64,000 nucleotides of DNA from a virus: UHGV virus genome UHGV-1363143. The stretch is one strand, 5' to 3'. The notes below the pieces were generated by a model that did not search any database, was not told the DNA's origin, and worked only from the letters and a program-made list of their open reading frames with translations. How positions within the stretch are numbered: the first letter of the stretch is position 1; every line of letters starts with the position of its first letter. Shown here piece by piece: positions 1-11,185 of the stretch. Made by a program: the position numbers and the translations under genes.

Positions 1-1443
1 ACTATAAACTGGGATAAGCCAAGCGATCCAGATGGTAATATACCTACAATTAATTTATGGTTAAGTAAGGATGGAGCAGATTATGTTAAAGTGCTCAGCA
101 ATTCATCTGCAACAAGCTATACACAAAATATTGCTAATGATGCAGAAGGTACCCAATATAAGTTTAAAATATACTCATATGATGGGTTGGTAGAAAGTGC
201 CGTTACTACATCTTCGACTTATGTAAAAAATACAAAACCAACTAAACCTACTCAAATATTTCCTAATGAGGGATTTGCTTTAGGAAGTACCTTAATCTCA
301 TGGAATAAGTCTACAGATCCTGAAGGTAGAGGAATAGACCATTATATAGTTTATATAAATGACATAAAAGTAGGGACATCAAAAACAACTTCCTATACAT
401 GGATAATGCCAGATTCGGATCCATCTGAAAAAGAATATACTGTTTCAATTGAAGCTGTCGATGTAGATGGTAAAAGCAGTGATAGAGGATATGCCACAGG
501 TTCATTTAAAAAAGCTAAGCCTCCAGCAGCTCCAGCATGGATAAAGCCTCAAGATACCTATTTTGAAAATAATATCCCTTTAACTTGGGAGAATATTTCA
601 AGTAATGGAGTATCGGTAACTTATGAATTATCATATAGAATTAATGGTGGGCAATGGATCGTTCTAACAAACACATTGAGATCTCCTCAATATACTCATA
701 GCATTACAGAAATAACTAGAGGAAATAGTATTGAATATAGAATAAAATGTAGCAACACATTTGGACAATCATCTCCTTATGCATATAGTAAAGTATATTA
801 CAGAAATAGAATTCCACTAGCACCTACTATTTCGTATCCACTTAAAAACTCTAAAGTTCATGATAGTACGCCAAGAATAGCATTCACTATTCATAAGGAA
901 CTAGATTCACAAAAACAAACGATTTATGTGAAATGCGGAGGTAAGGTATACAATAGTATAACTCATGCAAGTATGTTTTCTAAAAAAGCTGGTTCATACT
1001 CTACAGAAGAAAAAGTAGTGTTCACATGTGATGAGCTTTCAAATGGTTCTCAAACTATAGTAATTTATGTTAATGATGGTTTAATAAATAGCCCTGAGAG
1101 TTCTAGAACATTCGCTGTAGAGAATAGTACTTTAAATGCACTTAAGAGTGATCGAATCACAGCAGAGCTATTTAATACTATGAGAACGCAAATTAACACT
1201 ATAAGAAAAGCTTACGGATTAAGTGAATATGTTTATGATACCAAAATAACTATAGGAGCTTTGATAAGATTTAAGTATATCGAAGAAATGAGATCTGCAA
1301 TATTGGATGTCAGAAATGTAATCAATGATTATGATTCAAGTAATCCAGACAAATTAAATACAACATGGGAGAATTCAGGGAAAGATAAATTGATAAATGC
1401 ATCTATAGTTCAGCAAATCATAGATATCATAAAAAACACATAA
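1..1443 (+). CDS. FN3-repeat tail fibre / receptor-binding protein (5' partial; frame is open from the window start)
   Basis: Frame 1 is open from nt 1 (TINWDKPSDPDG...). It carries repeated W-x-K/N-S-x-DPxG ... Y-x-V units typical of fibronectin type III repeats in phage fibres. The track ORF 91..1443 lies in the same frame. Confidence 0.55.
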   Translation, partial: TINWDKPSDPDGNIPTINLWLSKDGADYVKVLSNSSATSYTQNIANDAEGTQYKFKIYSYDGLVESAVTTSSTYVKNTKPTKPTQIFPNEGFALGSTLISWNKSTDPEGRGIDHYIVYINDIKVGTSKTTSYTWIMPDSDPSEKEYTVSIEAVDVDGKSSDRGYATGSFKKAKPPAAPAWIKPQDTYFENNIPLTWENISSNGVSVTYELSYRINGGQWIVLTNTLRSPQYTHSITEITRGNSIEYRIKCSNTFGQSSPYAYSKVYYRNRIPLAPTISYPLKNSKVHDSTPRIAFTIHKELDSQKQTIYVKCGGKVYNSITHASMFSKKAGSYSTEEKVVFTCDELSNGSQTIVIYVNDGLINSPESSRTFAVENSTLNALKSDRITAELFNTMRTQINTIRKAYGLSEYVYDTKITIGALIRFKYIEEMRSAILDVRNVINDYDSSNPDKLNTTWENSGKDKLINASIVQQIIDIIKNT

Positions 1444-1483
1444 GAATCAGATTTTTAATGTTATAAATTTAATCTTAAGATAG

Positions 1484-1516
1484 CCGCACTATAAAATTAG
1501 TGCGGTTTTAATTTTG
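1484..1516 (+). terminator. rho-independent terminator
   Basis: Stem CCGCACTA-TAAAAT-TAGTGCGG followed by TTTTAATTTT. Confidence 0.6.
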
Positions 1517-1580
1517 GCATGGATAGGGCGTTTTTAGAAAGTAATATAAAAATAGATTCAAACTTTAAAGAGGTGATTAA

Positions 1581-4500
1581 ATGTTCAGTGGAAACAGACG
1601 TTTTAATGGTAGACAGGGCGAGCAAATATACAACGAAGAATTGTATACCCTGTATGAACTATTAAAGCATTTTTTAGATGTTCCTTCTAATCCAGATCCT
1701 AAATTTGGACCACAGTCAGGATTAGAAAAGCCTGGTGCACTATGGTTAGATCGTCAGAACTATCCAGGCTATGGTCACTTAATGTATAGAGATAGTGATC
1801 AAGTATGGAAGCCAATGTTTGACGACTGGTTCAAGATAATTAAAGAAATAAGGAATCCTGATGGTGAACCTGAAGATGCAAAAGAAGGTCAGTTATGGAT
1901 TAACGATAGTGGAGTACTACATTGGTATAATGGCTCAATGTTTGTTCCTATAAAGTCTAAGATGGCGGACGCAGTTGAATTTGATTCTAATTCATTTGAA
2001 AACTTTTTAATTATAGATCCTTTAAAAATGACAGGCGGATATATAGTTGAGAATTTATCAAAATTAGCTCAGGTTGCAAATGGAATAAACGAGTGGAAGC
2101 CCAATACTTTATATCAGATAGGTGATTTAGTTTATCACACAGACTATGAAAATGAAACTAAATTTTATCAATATGTAGATACATTTAATGATTGGTGTGA
2201 TGAGCCACATACAAGCGAACTGACTTTTGAAGAAGAACTTGACTCAGGATTTCTAGTAGCTATTGATTTAAAAGCTCAATATCTTATACCTTCTGAAGTT
2301 TTAGATAAAGTGTTTATTGATGGATATTACACAGGTGATGATGTTTATGAGAAATTATCAGATGTATGTATTCAAATATCTTTAAGTTTATACCAAGACA
2401 AGATAGTAGCAGCAGTCCATGTTAATCCAGTTGCATTAAAAAATATTAGAAAAAGAATAGTAAGAATTGAAAAAGATCCTACTGTATATAACGAATACGG
2501 GATGATTAAAGTTGGTCCAGACAATACAGAGTATTATGGATTCATTAATGGATTTGGTCAATTCTTAAATAAAGGCGAAGACTATATAATTAAGGCCAAT
2601 GGTATTCAATTAATAGGAGACGCATTAGAAATATACGATTTTGTTTATTGTGTTACTTATGATTTTGAAACCAGAATTAAAAACCCAGGAGCCTTATATA
2701 GAGGAAGAATTAAGCTTTCAAATCAAACTTGCATTTGGATAGGGCAAATAGAACCTACAGATAAATTAGTTGTATTTACCCAAGGTTTATGTTTAGAAGA
2801 TTTCTACTATAACTATGATGTATATGATTCATCAGGATTAGTTAAATTTAATGGTTACGATAGTGATGGGAAAATTACAGATGATCCTACTAAAATGGTT
2901 AAACCATTATTTGAAAGTAAAACTGATGTTGCAATTATGAGATTTGATAAGAAAACTAATGTAGGTGTATTCACACCAGATATGCTTGAGAATGAAAAGG
3001 TGGATCCAGCAGAAACACAAAATGAAGGTACTTATTTAAAAGATGGTAAATCAAGATTTATAGCGTCTATTGAAATACCAACAGATTTTATTCAGCCTTT
3101 AATATTTGTACAAGGTCCAAACTTAAATCTAACTCTAGGAGATTACACTATTGAAGATGGTAAAGGAATAATAAAAGATGCTATACCAGGAAGTGCTTAC
3201 TACATCGTAGATGCAGTTAGAAAAGATGGATTTAATATGTTTGTAGAAGAAGGCGTTGTTAATTCTGAAGGAGTAATTCCTATAACAGATCCTGAAATAT
3301 TATCAGGAGAATGCCAACCATTATTATTTGTAGAAGGATTCTATATCTCAGTAAGAGATTTTGATACATCAGATCCTACTTGTTTACAAATATATGGACT
3401 TTCCGAAGGTCAAGATTATGTTCTATTAAAAGATAAAAATGATGAAAGATATCAACTTTTATTTGATGGAGAAATATCGTTCACAACTATACCTATGGCT
3501 TCAGACATAGATGATGCTTTAGTTTATATAGGTAACACAGTGATCGTCGATGGTGCTGCGTGTACTACAACATCTAATAATACAGATTACGCAGTAAGTA
3601 ATGAAATTAGACTCATAATTTCTGAGGGTAAACAAGAGTGGTGCTCATACAATGCTGGTAATAAAGCTTGGTATCCAATAAAGGATGAAGATTATATTGT
3701 AATGCTGGATGCATCTAGTTCAGGATATACAGTTGATACAAAGACAATAAATATCCTTCAAAACTTCGGTGAAGTTGACTGTACTTATTATGCATACAGA
3801 TTTGCTGATAATATCGAAATGCCATTAATCAAAGGATACACAAGTAGCTATATTGAACAGGGAGATGAATTATTCTACAAAATAGATTTTAGACATTCAT
3901 ACCCTATGGGCGAAAATGCTTTATCTGTATGGATGAATGGAGTTAAACAGAATATTAAAGAACATTATATTGTAGAAAAGAAAGATGAAAACGGAAGCGA
4001 AGAGAAAATAGTTCAAGGATTCCTTTTACCTAAACCAACAGATATACATGGCAATGAATTAGAAAAGAACCCAACTTGTTTCTATATCATAGAAAGACCT
4101 GAAGCTGGAGAAATAAAGTCATGTGTTGTAGAAGAATTAAAAGAGCCTGTTGGAATAAATACTTATATAACAAGTGAAGCGATATTAGCTCCAGGAGTAC
4201 CAAGGGTATTTATTGATGGTTACAGACAACCTCAAAATGCTTACATGATAAATAATATGAATACTATAACTTTAATTGAACCAGTATTAACAGAGGCTAA
4301 AAATACGGTAATGGTAACTAATGAATATGGCGAGAACAAGTTCGTAGAAGTTGATTCTAAGTCCATTGTTACTGTTGAAGTTAGAAGAGATTATAGATTA
4401 AAAGAAAAAACAGTTGAACTTACCGCAGAAACACTTGAATATATGCTTCAAGGAGCTACAGCTGTATTTGATCCTGGAATGATATTTGCAAAAGATCAAA

Positions 4501-4676
4501 AGCTTCCTAGTGAATTATTTATATCTAAATTAAGTGAAATAAATATATTTATCAATGGAGCTGCTTACGGAAAAGACTTTACTAAGATGAAAGATCAGGA
4601 TGCTATAGTGCTTACTAATTTAAATATAGTTAAGTTATTACAACCTGGCGATAAAATAACTTTTGAATGGAGATGA
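1581..4676 (+). CDS. large virion structural protein (tail/baseplate, 1031 aa)
   Basis: Long ORF with an RBS (AAAGAGGTG); position within the tail module; no recognisable enzymatic motif. Confidence 0.5.
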   Translation: MFSGNRRFNGRQGEQIYNEELYTLYELLKHFLDVPSNPDPKFGPQSGLEKPGALWLDRQNYPGYGHLMYRDSDQVWKPMFDDWFKIIKEIRNPDGEPEDAKEGQLWINDSGVLHWYNGSMFVPIKSKMADAVEFDSNSFENFLIIDPLKMTGGYIVENLSKLAQVANGINEWKPNTLYQIGDLVYHTDYENETKFYQYVDTFNDWCDEPHTSELTFEEELDSGFLVAIDLKAQYLIPSEVLDKVFIDGYYTGDDVYEKLSDVCIQISLSLYQDKIVAAVHVNPVALKNIRKRIVRIEKDPTVYNEYGMIKVGPDNTEYYGFINGFGQFLNKGEDYIIKANGIQLIGDALEIYDFVYCVTYDFETRIKNPGALYRGRIKLSNQTCIWIGQIEPTDKLVVFTQGLCLEDFYYNYDVYDSSGLVKFNGYDSDGKITDDPTKMVKPLFESKTDVAIMRFDKKTNVGVFTPDMLENEKVDPAETQNEGTYLKDGKSRFIASIEIPTDFIQPLIFVQGPNLNLTLGDYTIEDGKGIIKDAIPGSAYYIVDAVRKDGFNMFVEEGVVNSEGVIPITDPEILSGECQPLLFVEGFYISVRDFDTSDPTCLQIYGLSEGQDYVLLKDKNDERYQLLFDGEISFTTIPMASDIDDALVYIGNTVIVDGAACTTTSNNTDYAVSNEIRLIISEGKQEWCSYNAGNKAWYPIKDEDYIVMLDASSSGYTVDTKTINILQNFGEVDCTYYAYRFADNIEMPLIKGYTSSYIEQGDELFYKIDFRHSYPMGENALSVWMNGVKQNIKEHYIVEKKDENGSEEKIVQGFLLPKPTDIHGNELEKNPTCFYIIERPEAGEIKSCVVEELKEPVGINTYITSEAILAPGVPRVFIDGYRQPQNAYMINNMNTITLIEPVLTEAKNTVMVTNEYGENKFVEVDSKSIVTVEVRRDYRLKEKTVELTAETLEYMLQGATAVFDPGMIFAKDQKLPSELFISKLSEINIFINGAAYGKDFTKMKDQDAIVLTNLNIVKLLQPGDKITFEWR

Positions 4677-4682
4677 TGAGAC

Positions 4683-6686
4683 ATGGCTTATACAATTAAA
4701 CCAAGTATAGGAATGCTACCTATAGAAGATATGGACAAAGTTATGGTAGCACAAGGCTTTATAAAAGGTCTTGCCGCTAACGATATAGAAGAAGTTACTC
4801 AAGAGAAAGATCCTGTTACAGGAGCAGTAAAAACTCCAGGTATAACAGATCCCTCAAGAATAGCTATATGTGCAGGAAAAAGAAATTCTAATGGAACAAT
4901 TGATAGAGAAACAATTAAAAATGCACTTAACCTTAATGGTAAAGGAGCAGACGAATTTCTTGATAAAGAAGACAAGGATGAAATAAGCGAAGTAATAAGC
5001 TTAATTAATAAAGCTCACTCAGATGAAATTCAGTTACTTAGAGATGAATTATATCATTTAAAAGCTGAGTTAGTTAAGACTGGTACTGTAGAAGACACAT
5101 TGGTTGCTGATGGTTATATTGATGGATTTAAACATTCTAACGTCAAATATAACACAGCTAAAACTGACCTTGAAACTGTTAATGGATTAATAGTTAGACA
5201 AGTTGAAAATATCTTTGATAAAAATGACTGGTTAATAGTTAGAAAAGATAAAGCAGATGTTCAAAGTAATACTTTAGCCACAGTCACTAAAGAAACAGGG
5301 AACGACCTTCAATTAGATATTGGTACTGCTAATCTTTCAGAAGAAAGAACAGTATTATTCAAATCACTTGGAGAATATAACAGAGGAACATATTCATTCA
5401 GTAAAGTATCTCATGGAACCCCTAGCTCAAAGGAAAACTATACTATGCTTAATGATGATAGTAATATTTATAAGCACAAGATTGATAGTAGTTATACTGG
5501 ATTCGCTACAGTTATAAAAATTCCAAATAGATGCGCAGGATTTTTAACTAAGTTCTCTGTACACGGAAAAGCATTTGGTAATCCAGGTTCTCTAACTTGT
5601 CATGTAATAAAAGGCTCATATGAATATATAAATCAATTAGCTAAAACTAATGGATTATCTCAAGCAGCGACAGATGGAAATTTACTTGCAAAGTCATCAC
5701 CTGTAAATGCAAATATAAAAGATGATGAAATAGTATTTGATTTCACAAAATTAGATTACGATGTAAATGATTCTACATCAACTTTATATCCTGAAGTTGA
5801 AGGAACAGAATACTGCTTTGTAATTGAAGCTGATAATGTAAACTCACAAGATTACTGGCAACTAGAATTTGGCCATAAAAAGAATGCACCAATGGATTTA
5901 CAAACTAACAATAAAACTTTTAAGTTCTATAATAAAGACTTAATTTCTGTCACTGAAAATTCATTTGTTGAAATGGCAGATATAGATATGTTATACATGG
6001 CTATAACTAGACCTAAAATGCAGGAAGATGAAGTTCCTTACTCTACTGGACTTTATACAACTTTAAACCCAATTAAACTTTCTGCACCAATCAAAGCTTC
6101 AAGAGCTAGACTTACTTTAGAAGTTAATAAGGAAGGTAACTTTGTAACAGTAGACCAAGGTGTAATAAGAGCAGAACTAGATACAATAGAATTTAGAAAT
6201 TTTGATGGTTCTTATGCAGAACAAACAGTTTTAGGTGGAGGAGACCATGTAATTATAGGCAATAATATTGCAAAGGTTAAAACATCAACACCTAATACAG
6301 TTACTATTGATAAGAACATTTATGTATTACCAATGACACCAATATATAGATGCGGATATTCTGCTCAAATAAAAACACACTTAATTGAAGAAGCTGAAGA
6401 TGGATCACCTACAATAGTTCCTGGTTCGGAAAGAATATATCCATTAGAGCTAGTAGCTGTAATCCCAAGTGGTAGGGAAGATAGTTCATCAGTATCCGAT
6501 AGATTAATATTTGAAGTTAATATAGATAATTCAGCTAAAGAAATATCTTACTTCAATGAAGCTGAACTTCAAGTAAAGTGGAATAGTTTCTTAGCATCAA
6601 ATATAATCCATTCTCAAGCATCAAAGGGTAATGATTATGTTGGTAGAATTCATAGCTTAAGTTTAGCATTTGATAAAATAGTTTAA
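4683..6686 (+). CDS. virion structural protein (667 aa)
   Basis: Long ORF tightly packed after the previous gene. Confidence 0.5.
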   Translation: MAYTIKPSIGMLPIEDMDKVMVAQGFIKGLAANDIEEVTQEKDPVTGAVKTPGITDPSRIAICAGKRNSNGTIDRETIKNALNLNGKGADEFLDKEDKDEISEVISLINKAHSDEIQLLRDELYHLKAELVKTGTVEDTLVADGYIDGFKHSNVKYNTAKTDLETVNGLIVRQVENIFDKNDWLIVRKDKADVQSNTLATVTKETGNDLQLDIGTANLSEERTVLFKSLGEYNRGTYSFSKVSHGTPSSKENYTMLNDDSNIYKHKIDSSYTGFATVIKIPNRCAGFLTKFSVHGKAFGNPGSLTCHVIKGSYEYINQLAKTNGLSQAATDGNLLAKSSPVNANIKDDEIVFDFTKLDYDVNDSTSTLYPEVEGTEYCFVIEADNVNSQDYWQLEFGHKKNAPMDLQTNNKTFKFYNKDLISVTENSFVEMADIDMLYMAITRPKMQEDEVPYSTGLYTTLNPIKLSAPIKASRARLTLEVNKEGNFVTVDQGVIRAELDTIEFRNFDGSYAEQTVLGGGDHVIIGNNIAKVKTSTPNTVTIDKNIYVLPMTPIYRCGYSAQIKTHLIEEAEDGSPTIVPGSERIYPLELVAVIPSGREDSSSVSDRLIFEVNIDNSAKEISYFNEAELQVKWNSFLASNIIHSQASKGNDYVGRIHSLSLAFDKIV

Positions 6687-6737
6687 TTTGATAGATAGTG
6701 GGGGAGAGATCCCCCTTATACCAAGGGAGGAAATAAC

Positions 6738-8150
6738 ATGGCTCACGGAGTACGTAAAGTCAATGAGTTTATAGTAAGAGACGGTAGAGCATTAATAATG
6801 ACACAAAACGTTGCATCCAGTACATCTCAAACTCAATGGGATAGCATAGCAGATGGAACATTATATATTGCTCCGACTAATGGAGATATTAAATATAAGA
6901 GTAAAGGCAGTGCACCTAAAGCATGGACCAGATTCTTACCAGGAAATTTATTTATAGATCAAGATATAACTGGGAATTTCTTAAAAGATAAAACAGTTAC
7001 AGAAATTAAAATGGCAGATAGTTCTGTAAGCACTAGGTCAATCATTAATAGAAATGTTACATCCCCTAAAATTGCATTAGGTGCAATTCTTACAGAGCAT
7101 TTTCAAGAAAATAGTTTAGACGGCAAAGTAATAAAAGATAACACTTTGAATGGAAACAAATTAATTAATTTATCTTTAGAAGGAATTAAATTAAAAGACA
7201 GAACTATTGATGGTGTCAAATTAAAACAACTCACTATTACAGATGCTGAATTAGCAAGTAATTCTGTAATCACTAGAGTAATCAAAGATTTAAATGTAAC
7301 TGAATCTAAATTAGCTAATGATTCCGTTAGTACCAGAACCATTAAAGATCTAAATGTAACAACTCCTAAATTAGCAGACTTGTCCGTAACTAATCCTAAG
7401 ATAGGAGAAAAGGCAGTAGACTGGAAGAACGTAAATGATGATGCAATTAGGACAAGTCATATTCTAAACCTAAATGTAACGGAACCAAAATTAGCTAACA
7501 ATGCAGTTATTACTAGGGTTATAAAAGACTTAAGTGTAACTACTCCTAAGTTAGCAAATGATGCAGTTACTACTCTTAAGATTCTAAACAAAAATGTTAC
7601 CTTAGCAAAACTTGAAGATAGTGTTCAATCTGTAATTAGAAATGCAGTAGTGCATGATGGAGATTACGCTACAGTCAATGCAAATCTAAGAGTTAAAGGA
7701 AATATAGTTGCAGATCCTAATAATTTAACTAAGACCATTTCAGGATTCAAAGTTTATAATCCATTATTCGCTGATTACGCAGAAGGATTTGTAGTAACTG
7801 AACCAGTTGAAGAAGGACATATAGTTGAAATAGATAAATATGGCTGTGTAAAAAAAGCCGAAGCTTATTCTAGAAAAATAGTAGGAATAGTTTCTGAAAG
7901 GTATGGTATGTGTTTAGATGCCGATGAAGAAGATATAAAGAGTGGTGCTAAAACAGCAGTAGGACTTATTGGTAAGGTTCCTGTACAAGTTGTAGGTAAA
8001 GTTAGTGCTGGAGATTTTATTATATCTTCAGGAGATGGAATAGGTATGGCAACTAAGAAACATTTTGTAGGTTCGATAGTTGGTAAGGCCTTAGAAGATA
8101 AAGATACTTACGGACTAGGATCAGTCTTATGTTTAATACAGCCTATGTAA
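6738..8150 (+). CDS. tail fibre protein with ~22-aa tandem beta-helix-like repeats
   Basis: RBS GGGAGGAAATAACATG. The repeat unit (V)IKDLNVT(E/T)PKLA(N/D)xSV(S/T)TR recurs at least 5 times. Confidence 0.6.
   Translation: MAHGVRKVNEFIVRDGRALIMTQNVASSTSQTQWDSIADGTLYIAPTNGDIKYKSKGSAPKAWTRFLPGNLFIDQDITGNFLKDKTVTEIKMADSSVSTRSIINRNVTSPKIALGAILTEHFQENSLDGKVIKDNTLNGNKLINLSLEGIKLKDRTIDGVKLKQLTITDAELASNSVITRVIKDLNVTESKLANDSVSTRTIKDLNVTTPKLADLSVTNPKIGEKAVDWKNVNDDAIRTSHILNLNVTEPKLANNAVITRVIKDLSVTTPKLANDAVTTLKILNKNVTLAKLEDSVQSVIRNAVVHDGDYATVNANLRVKGNIVADPNNLTKTISGFKVYNPLFADYAEGFVVTEPVEEGHIVEIDKYGCVKKAEAYSRKIVGIVSERYGMCLDADEEDIKSGAKTAVGLIGKVPVQVVGKVSAGDFIISSGDGIGMATKKHFVGSIVGKALEDKDTYGLGSVLCLIQPM
7100..7620 (+). 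repeat. in-frame ~66-nt tandem coding repeats within the fibre gene
   Basis: Recurrent ...aaagatttaaatgtaac(t)...cctaaattagc... units read directly from the sequence. Confidence 0.6.
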
Positions 8151-8152
8151 TA

Positions 8153-8182
8153 AAGCCAGTAATACTGGCTTTTTCTTTTGTG
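8153..8182 (+). terminator. rho-independent terminator
   Basis: AAGCCAGTAATACTGGCTT followed by TTTTCTTTT. Confidence 0.65.
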
Positions 8183-8220
8183 CTTTAAGTGCAATCTATA
8201 AAGTAATAGAACAAAAAGAG

Positions 8221-9168
8221 GTGATACAAATGGATATAAAAAATATGTTTGACTTCGAATCCAAAATAGATTTTCTGCTGAAGTCTTACGATGAAAATAT
8301 AATTGATAATATAAAACATCAAGAAAGCTTTTTAGATAGTGAAACTGCTAATGAGAACTTTTCTAAAATTGAAAACTATCTAAATGATATGTATGAAAAG
8401 GTTAGAGTCCTAGAAGAAGTTATTGACTATGCAAAGATATATGTTAATAACGAGATTGATACAACAATAACTGAATGTAGAGATTTGTTAAGTGAAATAG
8501 AAAATATGAATGACAATATATTTAATGATTCTAAGAATTTTAAAGTAATAAATGTTTCTTTAGCTAATAACGATGTTGAACAATCTCCCGATAGAGATGG
8601 AACTTCTCTAAAGACATGTGAAATATACAATAATGTTATTTCATTGTCAGGTACTATAAAGAACACCATTGATATAAAGGATGTATCAGTTAAAAGAGAA
8701 GAACAAGCTTATGAAAGTAATTACAAAGAACTACTAGACGGAGAACCATACAGAGTCCATTACTTACTTGATGCAATATGTAAAAATGGAGTTTCAGAAA
8801 CAATAAGATTTGACTTTAGCGAACCTAGAGAAATTAATTCTATCAAAGTTAAATTATCTAATTGTAAGATCACCGACATAATATATATGCATGAAGATAA
8901 TACAGAAACTATTGATTCTGATATTTCAAAAGGAGTTATTCCTGTTAGAACAGTCAAGGGAATTAAGTTGGCATTAAACAGCACCAATTATTCTCCTAAA
9001 TCTCTTTCAGTATCAACTACAGAAAACAATAAGTTTGAAGACCTAGATAAAGCATGGAAGGAATACCATGAAGAAGTAAAGGAAAAAGATTATATATATT
9101 CTAAAGGTGAATATAAAAATCAAATGTGCAATTACTTAGAAGAAATTTATTTAAAGGAGGTTAAATAA
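8221..9168 (+). CDS. hypothetical acidic/coiled-coil structural-module protein
   Basis: ORF with RBS AAAGAGGTGATACAAATG. Confidence 0.5.
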   Translation: MIQMDIKNMFDFESKIDFLLKSYDENIIDNIKHQESFLDSETANENFSKIENYLNDMYEKVRVLEEVIDYAKIYVNNEIDTTITECRDLLSEIENMNDNIFNDSKNFKVINVSLANNDVEQSPDRDGTSLKTCEIYNNVISLSGTIKNTIDIKDVSVKREEQAYESNYKELLDGEPYRVHYLLDAICKNGVSETIRFDFSEPREINSIKVKLSNCKITDIIYMHEDNTETIDSDISKGVIPVRTVKGIKLALNSTNYSPKSLSVSTTENNKFEDLDKAWKEYHEEVKEKDYIYSKGEYKNQMCNYLEEIYLKEVK

Positions 9169-9833
9169 TGTCTAAATTGCCATATTCAGATTATGCAGAC
9201 AATTTAGTATCAACTTTAAATACAGATGCTAAAGCTCCAACACCACCTTCTTCTCCTAAGCCTGATACAGAAAATTCTACAGATACAATAGTATCTAAAA
9301 AATATTCATATCATTTTGGTATTGATTCAATCAATTTTTCGCAAGTAAGAATAGAACAAAATATGTGTTTCATAAGCGAAAATATTGAAGTGGGTTATTT
9401 ACAAGAAGATGAATATATTCAATTAACTTCTGAATTTAATACTGGCGAAAATGGCTCGATAGAATTTTATATATTAGATGGTTCAGAAGCTAAGTCCATC
9501 TTACCTATAGGAACAGAAGTAGTACTTAATGAAAAGATATTTTTTGGACTTAGGCCAAGATTCTCTATAAATAATAATGAGCCAATTACTATAAAGAAGA
9601 ATGGAGTAGTTGTTGATGTAAGCTTAGAACAAGCTATTAATAGTAATGAAGATGGATATACAGTAAGCTATTCTCCATTAGATGCTCATGACTTGATTGT
9701 AAAAAATGATGTTGTAAAAGTTAAAGCTATTCTTAGAACTTACAATAAGAATACTGAAGCACCATCTATAAAAAGATTGGCGATAAAAAAATATGGGAGG
9801 AACTCTTTATGGAAAGACAGTACAATCAATTAA
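9168..9833 (+). CDS. hypothetical structural-module protein
   Basis: ORF with RBS AAGGAGG; its start overlaps the upstream stop. Confidence 0.5.
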   Translation: MSKLPYSDYADNLVSTLNTDAKAPTPPSSPKPDTENSTDTIVSKKYSYHFGIDSINFSQVRIEQNMCFISENIEVGYLQEDEYIQLTSEFNTGENGSIEFYILDGSEAKSILPIGTEVVLNEKIFFGLRPRFSINNNEPITIKKNGVVVDVSLEQAINSNEDGYTVSYSPLDAHDLIVKNDVVKVKAILRTYNKNTEAPSIKRLAIKKYGRNSLWKDSTIN

Positions 9834-11185
9834 AAAAAGAGGAGTATGCTAGAAATCTAGCTCTTAACGGCTATGTAGATAGGGCCAAAGAAATTATTCT
9901 TCAAGATGATTATGAACCAATTCTTAAGCCTGTAGAAATACATCCTGAAACAGAAATAAGTAAAGATGATATTAATCAAGTATTTGATGATATAAGCGCA
10001 GATTTAGATATTGTAAATAGTAATTTATCTATAACATCTGCAAAGTTTAAAAATATGCTAGAAACAACTAGATTAAAATTAAATGATATTAAAAGAATTT
10101 TAAGAACCGAAAAGGAAAGGCAAGAAGATATAAATATACTTTGCAATAAATACAGTGACTTTTCAAATGTAATTCTTATTTCTAATGAAAATTCATCTGG
10201 AGATCTATCTTATGATAAAAGCACATTTTCTATTAAAACCTCTAACTCAAAAGTAGTTAAAGGAGAAATTGTAGAGATAATAGGAAATGGATATGAAGGA
10301 AACAATTATGTTTACAAGAATAACGATTTTGTAAGCAATGTAAGTAATAGTTCCAATAAGGATTACATAACTGACGATAGTCTTATAACTTACTACGAAT
10401 ATTCAAGAATCACAGCAAGCAACTCTGAAAAGGAAGTTTTTCCTTTAGTAAATTTTGATTCCATAATGGCAAGATGCTCTATATTAATTAAAGCAAATGA
10501 CTTAATAAATACAATAGAAATGACAATGGAAACTGATGACGTGATTTTAGAATCATTAAGTACATCAATTGATGGTAAGACTTTTGTTCAATCTGAATTA
10601 AGAGACGTAGCAATAAATAGTAAGAAAGCACGTTTTGATACAAATGATTATATATTTGGATCAGGAATACTTTCATTCCAGGATTGTAACTATGTGAAGC
10701 TAGTTTTAAGAGCTGGTAAAAATTCAAATGATTCTATTGCTTTTATGAAAAAGGATTCCAATAATGTTGAAACACTTATGAAGCTCAAGACAGCTAAAAG
10801 AAGTGTCATAAGAATTAATAATATAGCTCTTGGAAGAAAGACATATGAATTATCTGGACAACTAGTATTTAACGATTTTATAACGGATCCAGTTAAATCT
10901 ATAGCAGTATTTGCAAATGAATACGTGGCTGACGAAATAGATTTAAGAAATAGTATTAAATATAATCTAACCATAAACGGTTTAGATTATGAAATAATCC
11001 CAATTAACTCTCAATATAATGGCAAGAAGATAATTAGAACTACTAGCCACACCATCCCTGCTGAACATGTTCATTATATAAATGAAAGCATTAAAAGTGC
11101 TACTTTGACAATCAATATGAAGAGTTCAAAACAATATACTAGCCCTTTTATTTCTGACTTGAAAGTACTTATTGGAGGTGAGTAA
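9809..11185 (+). CDS. hypothetical structural-module protein (458 aa)
   Basis: ORF with its own RBS GGGAGG 9 nt upstream of the ATG. Confidence 0.5.
   Translation: MERQYNQLKKEEYARNLALNGYVDRAKEIILQDDYEPILKPVEIHPETEISKDDINQVFDDISADLDIVNSNLSITSAKFKNMLETTRLKLNDIKRILRTEKERQEDINILCNKYSDFSNVILISNENSSGDLSYDKSTFSIKTSNSKVVKGEIVEIIGNGYEGNNYVYKNNDFVSNVSNSSNKDYITDDSLITYYEYSRITASNSEKEVFPLVNFDSIMARCSILIKANDLINTIEMTMETDDVILESLSTSIDGKTFVQSELRDVAINSKKARFDTNDYIFGSGILSFQDCNYVKLVLRAGKNSNDSIAFMKKDSNNVETLMKLKTAKRSVIRINNIALGRKTYELSGQLVFNDFITDPVKSIAVFANEYVADEIDLRNSIKYNLTINGLDYEIIPINSQYNGKKIIRTTSHTIPAEHVHYINESIKSATLTINMKSSKQYTSPFISDLKVLIGGE

Noticed and set aside
311-505. Short antisense ORFs embedded in long genes (for example 311..505 -, 5320..5517 +, 7103..7342 -, 8427..8669 -, 10488..10974 -, 15496..15933 -, 16375..16755 -, 16924..17319 -, 26313..26510 -, 33327..33635 +, 36650..36910 +, 53876..55257 +, 61603..61959 +)
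   Set aside because: They lie fully inside, and antisense to, long ORFs with strong motif support. Their proteins are low-complexity and they lack an RBS, which is typical of spurious AT-rich reading frames.
9809-9833. Possible programmed frameshift joining 9168..9833 and 9809..11185
   Set aside because: The downstream ORF has its own GGGAGG RBS and ATG, and no slippery heptamer is evident. They were treated as separate, overlapping genes.
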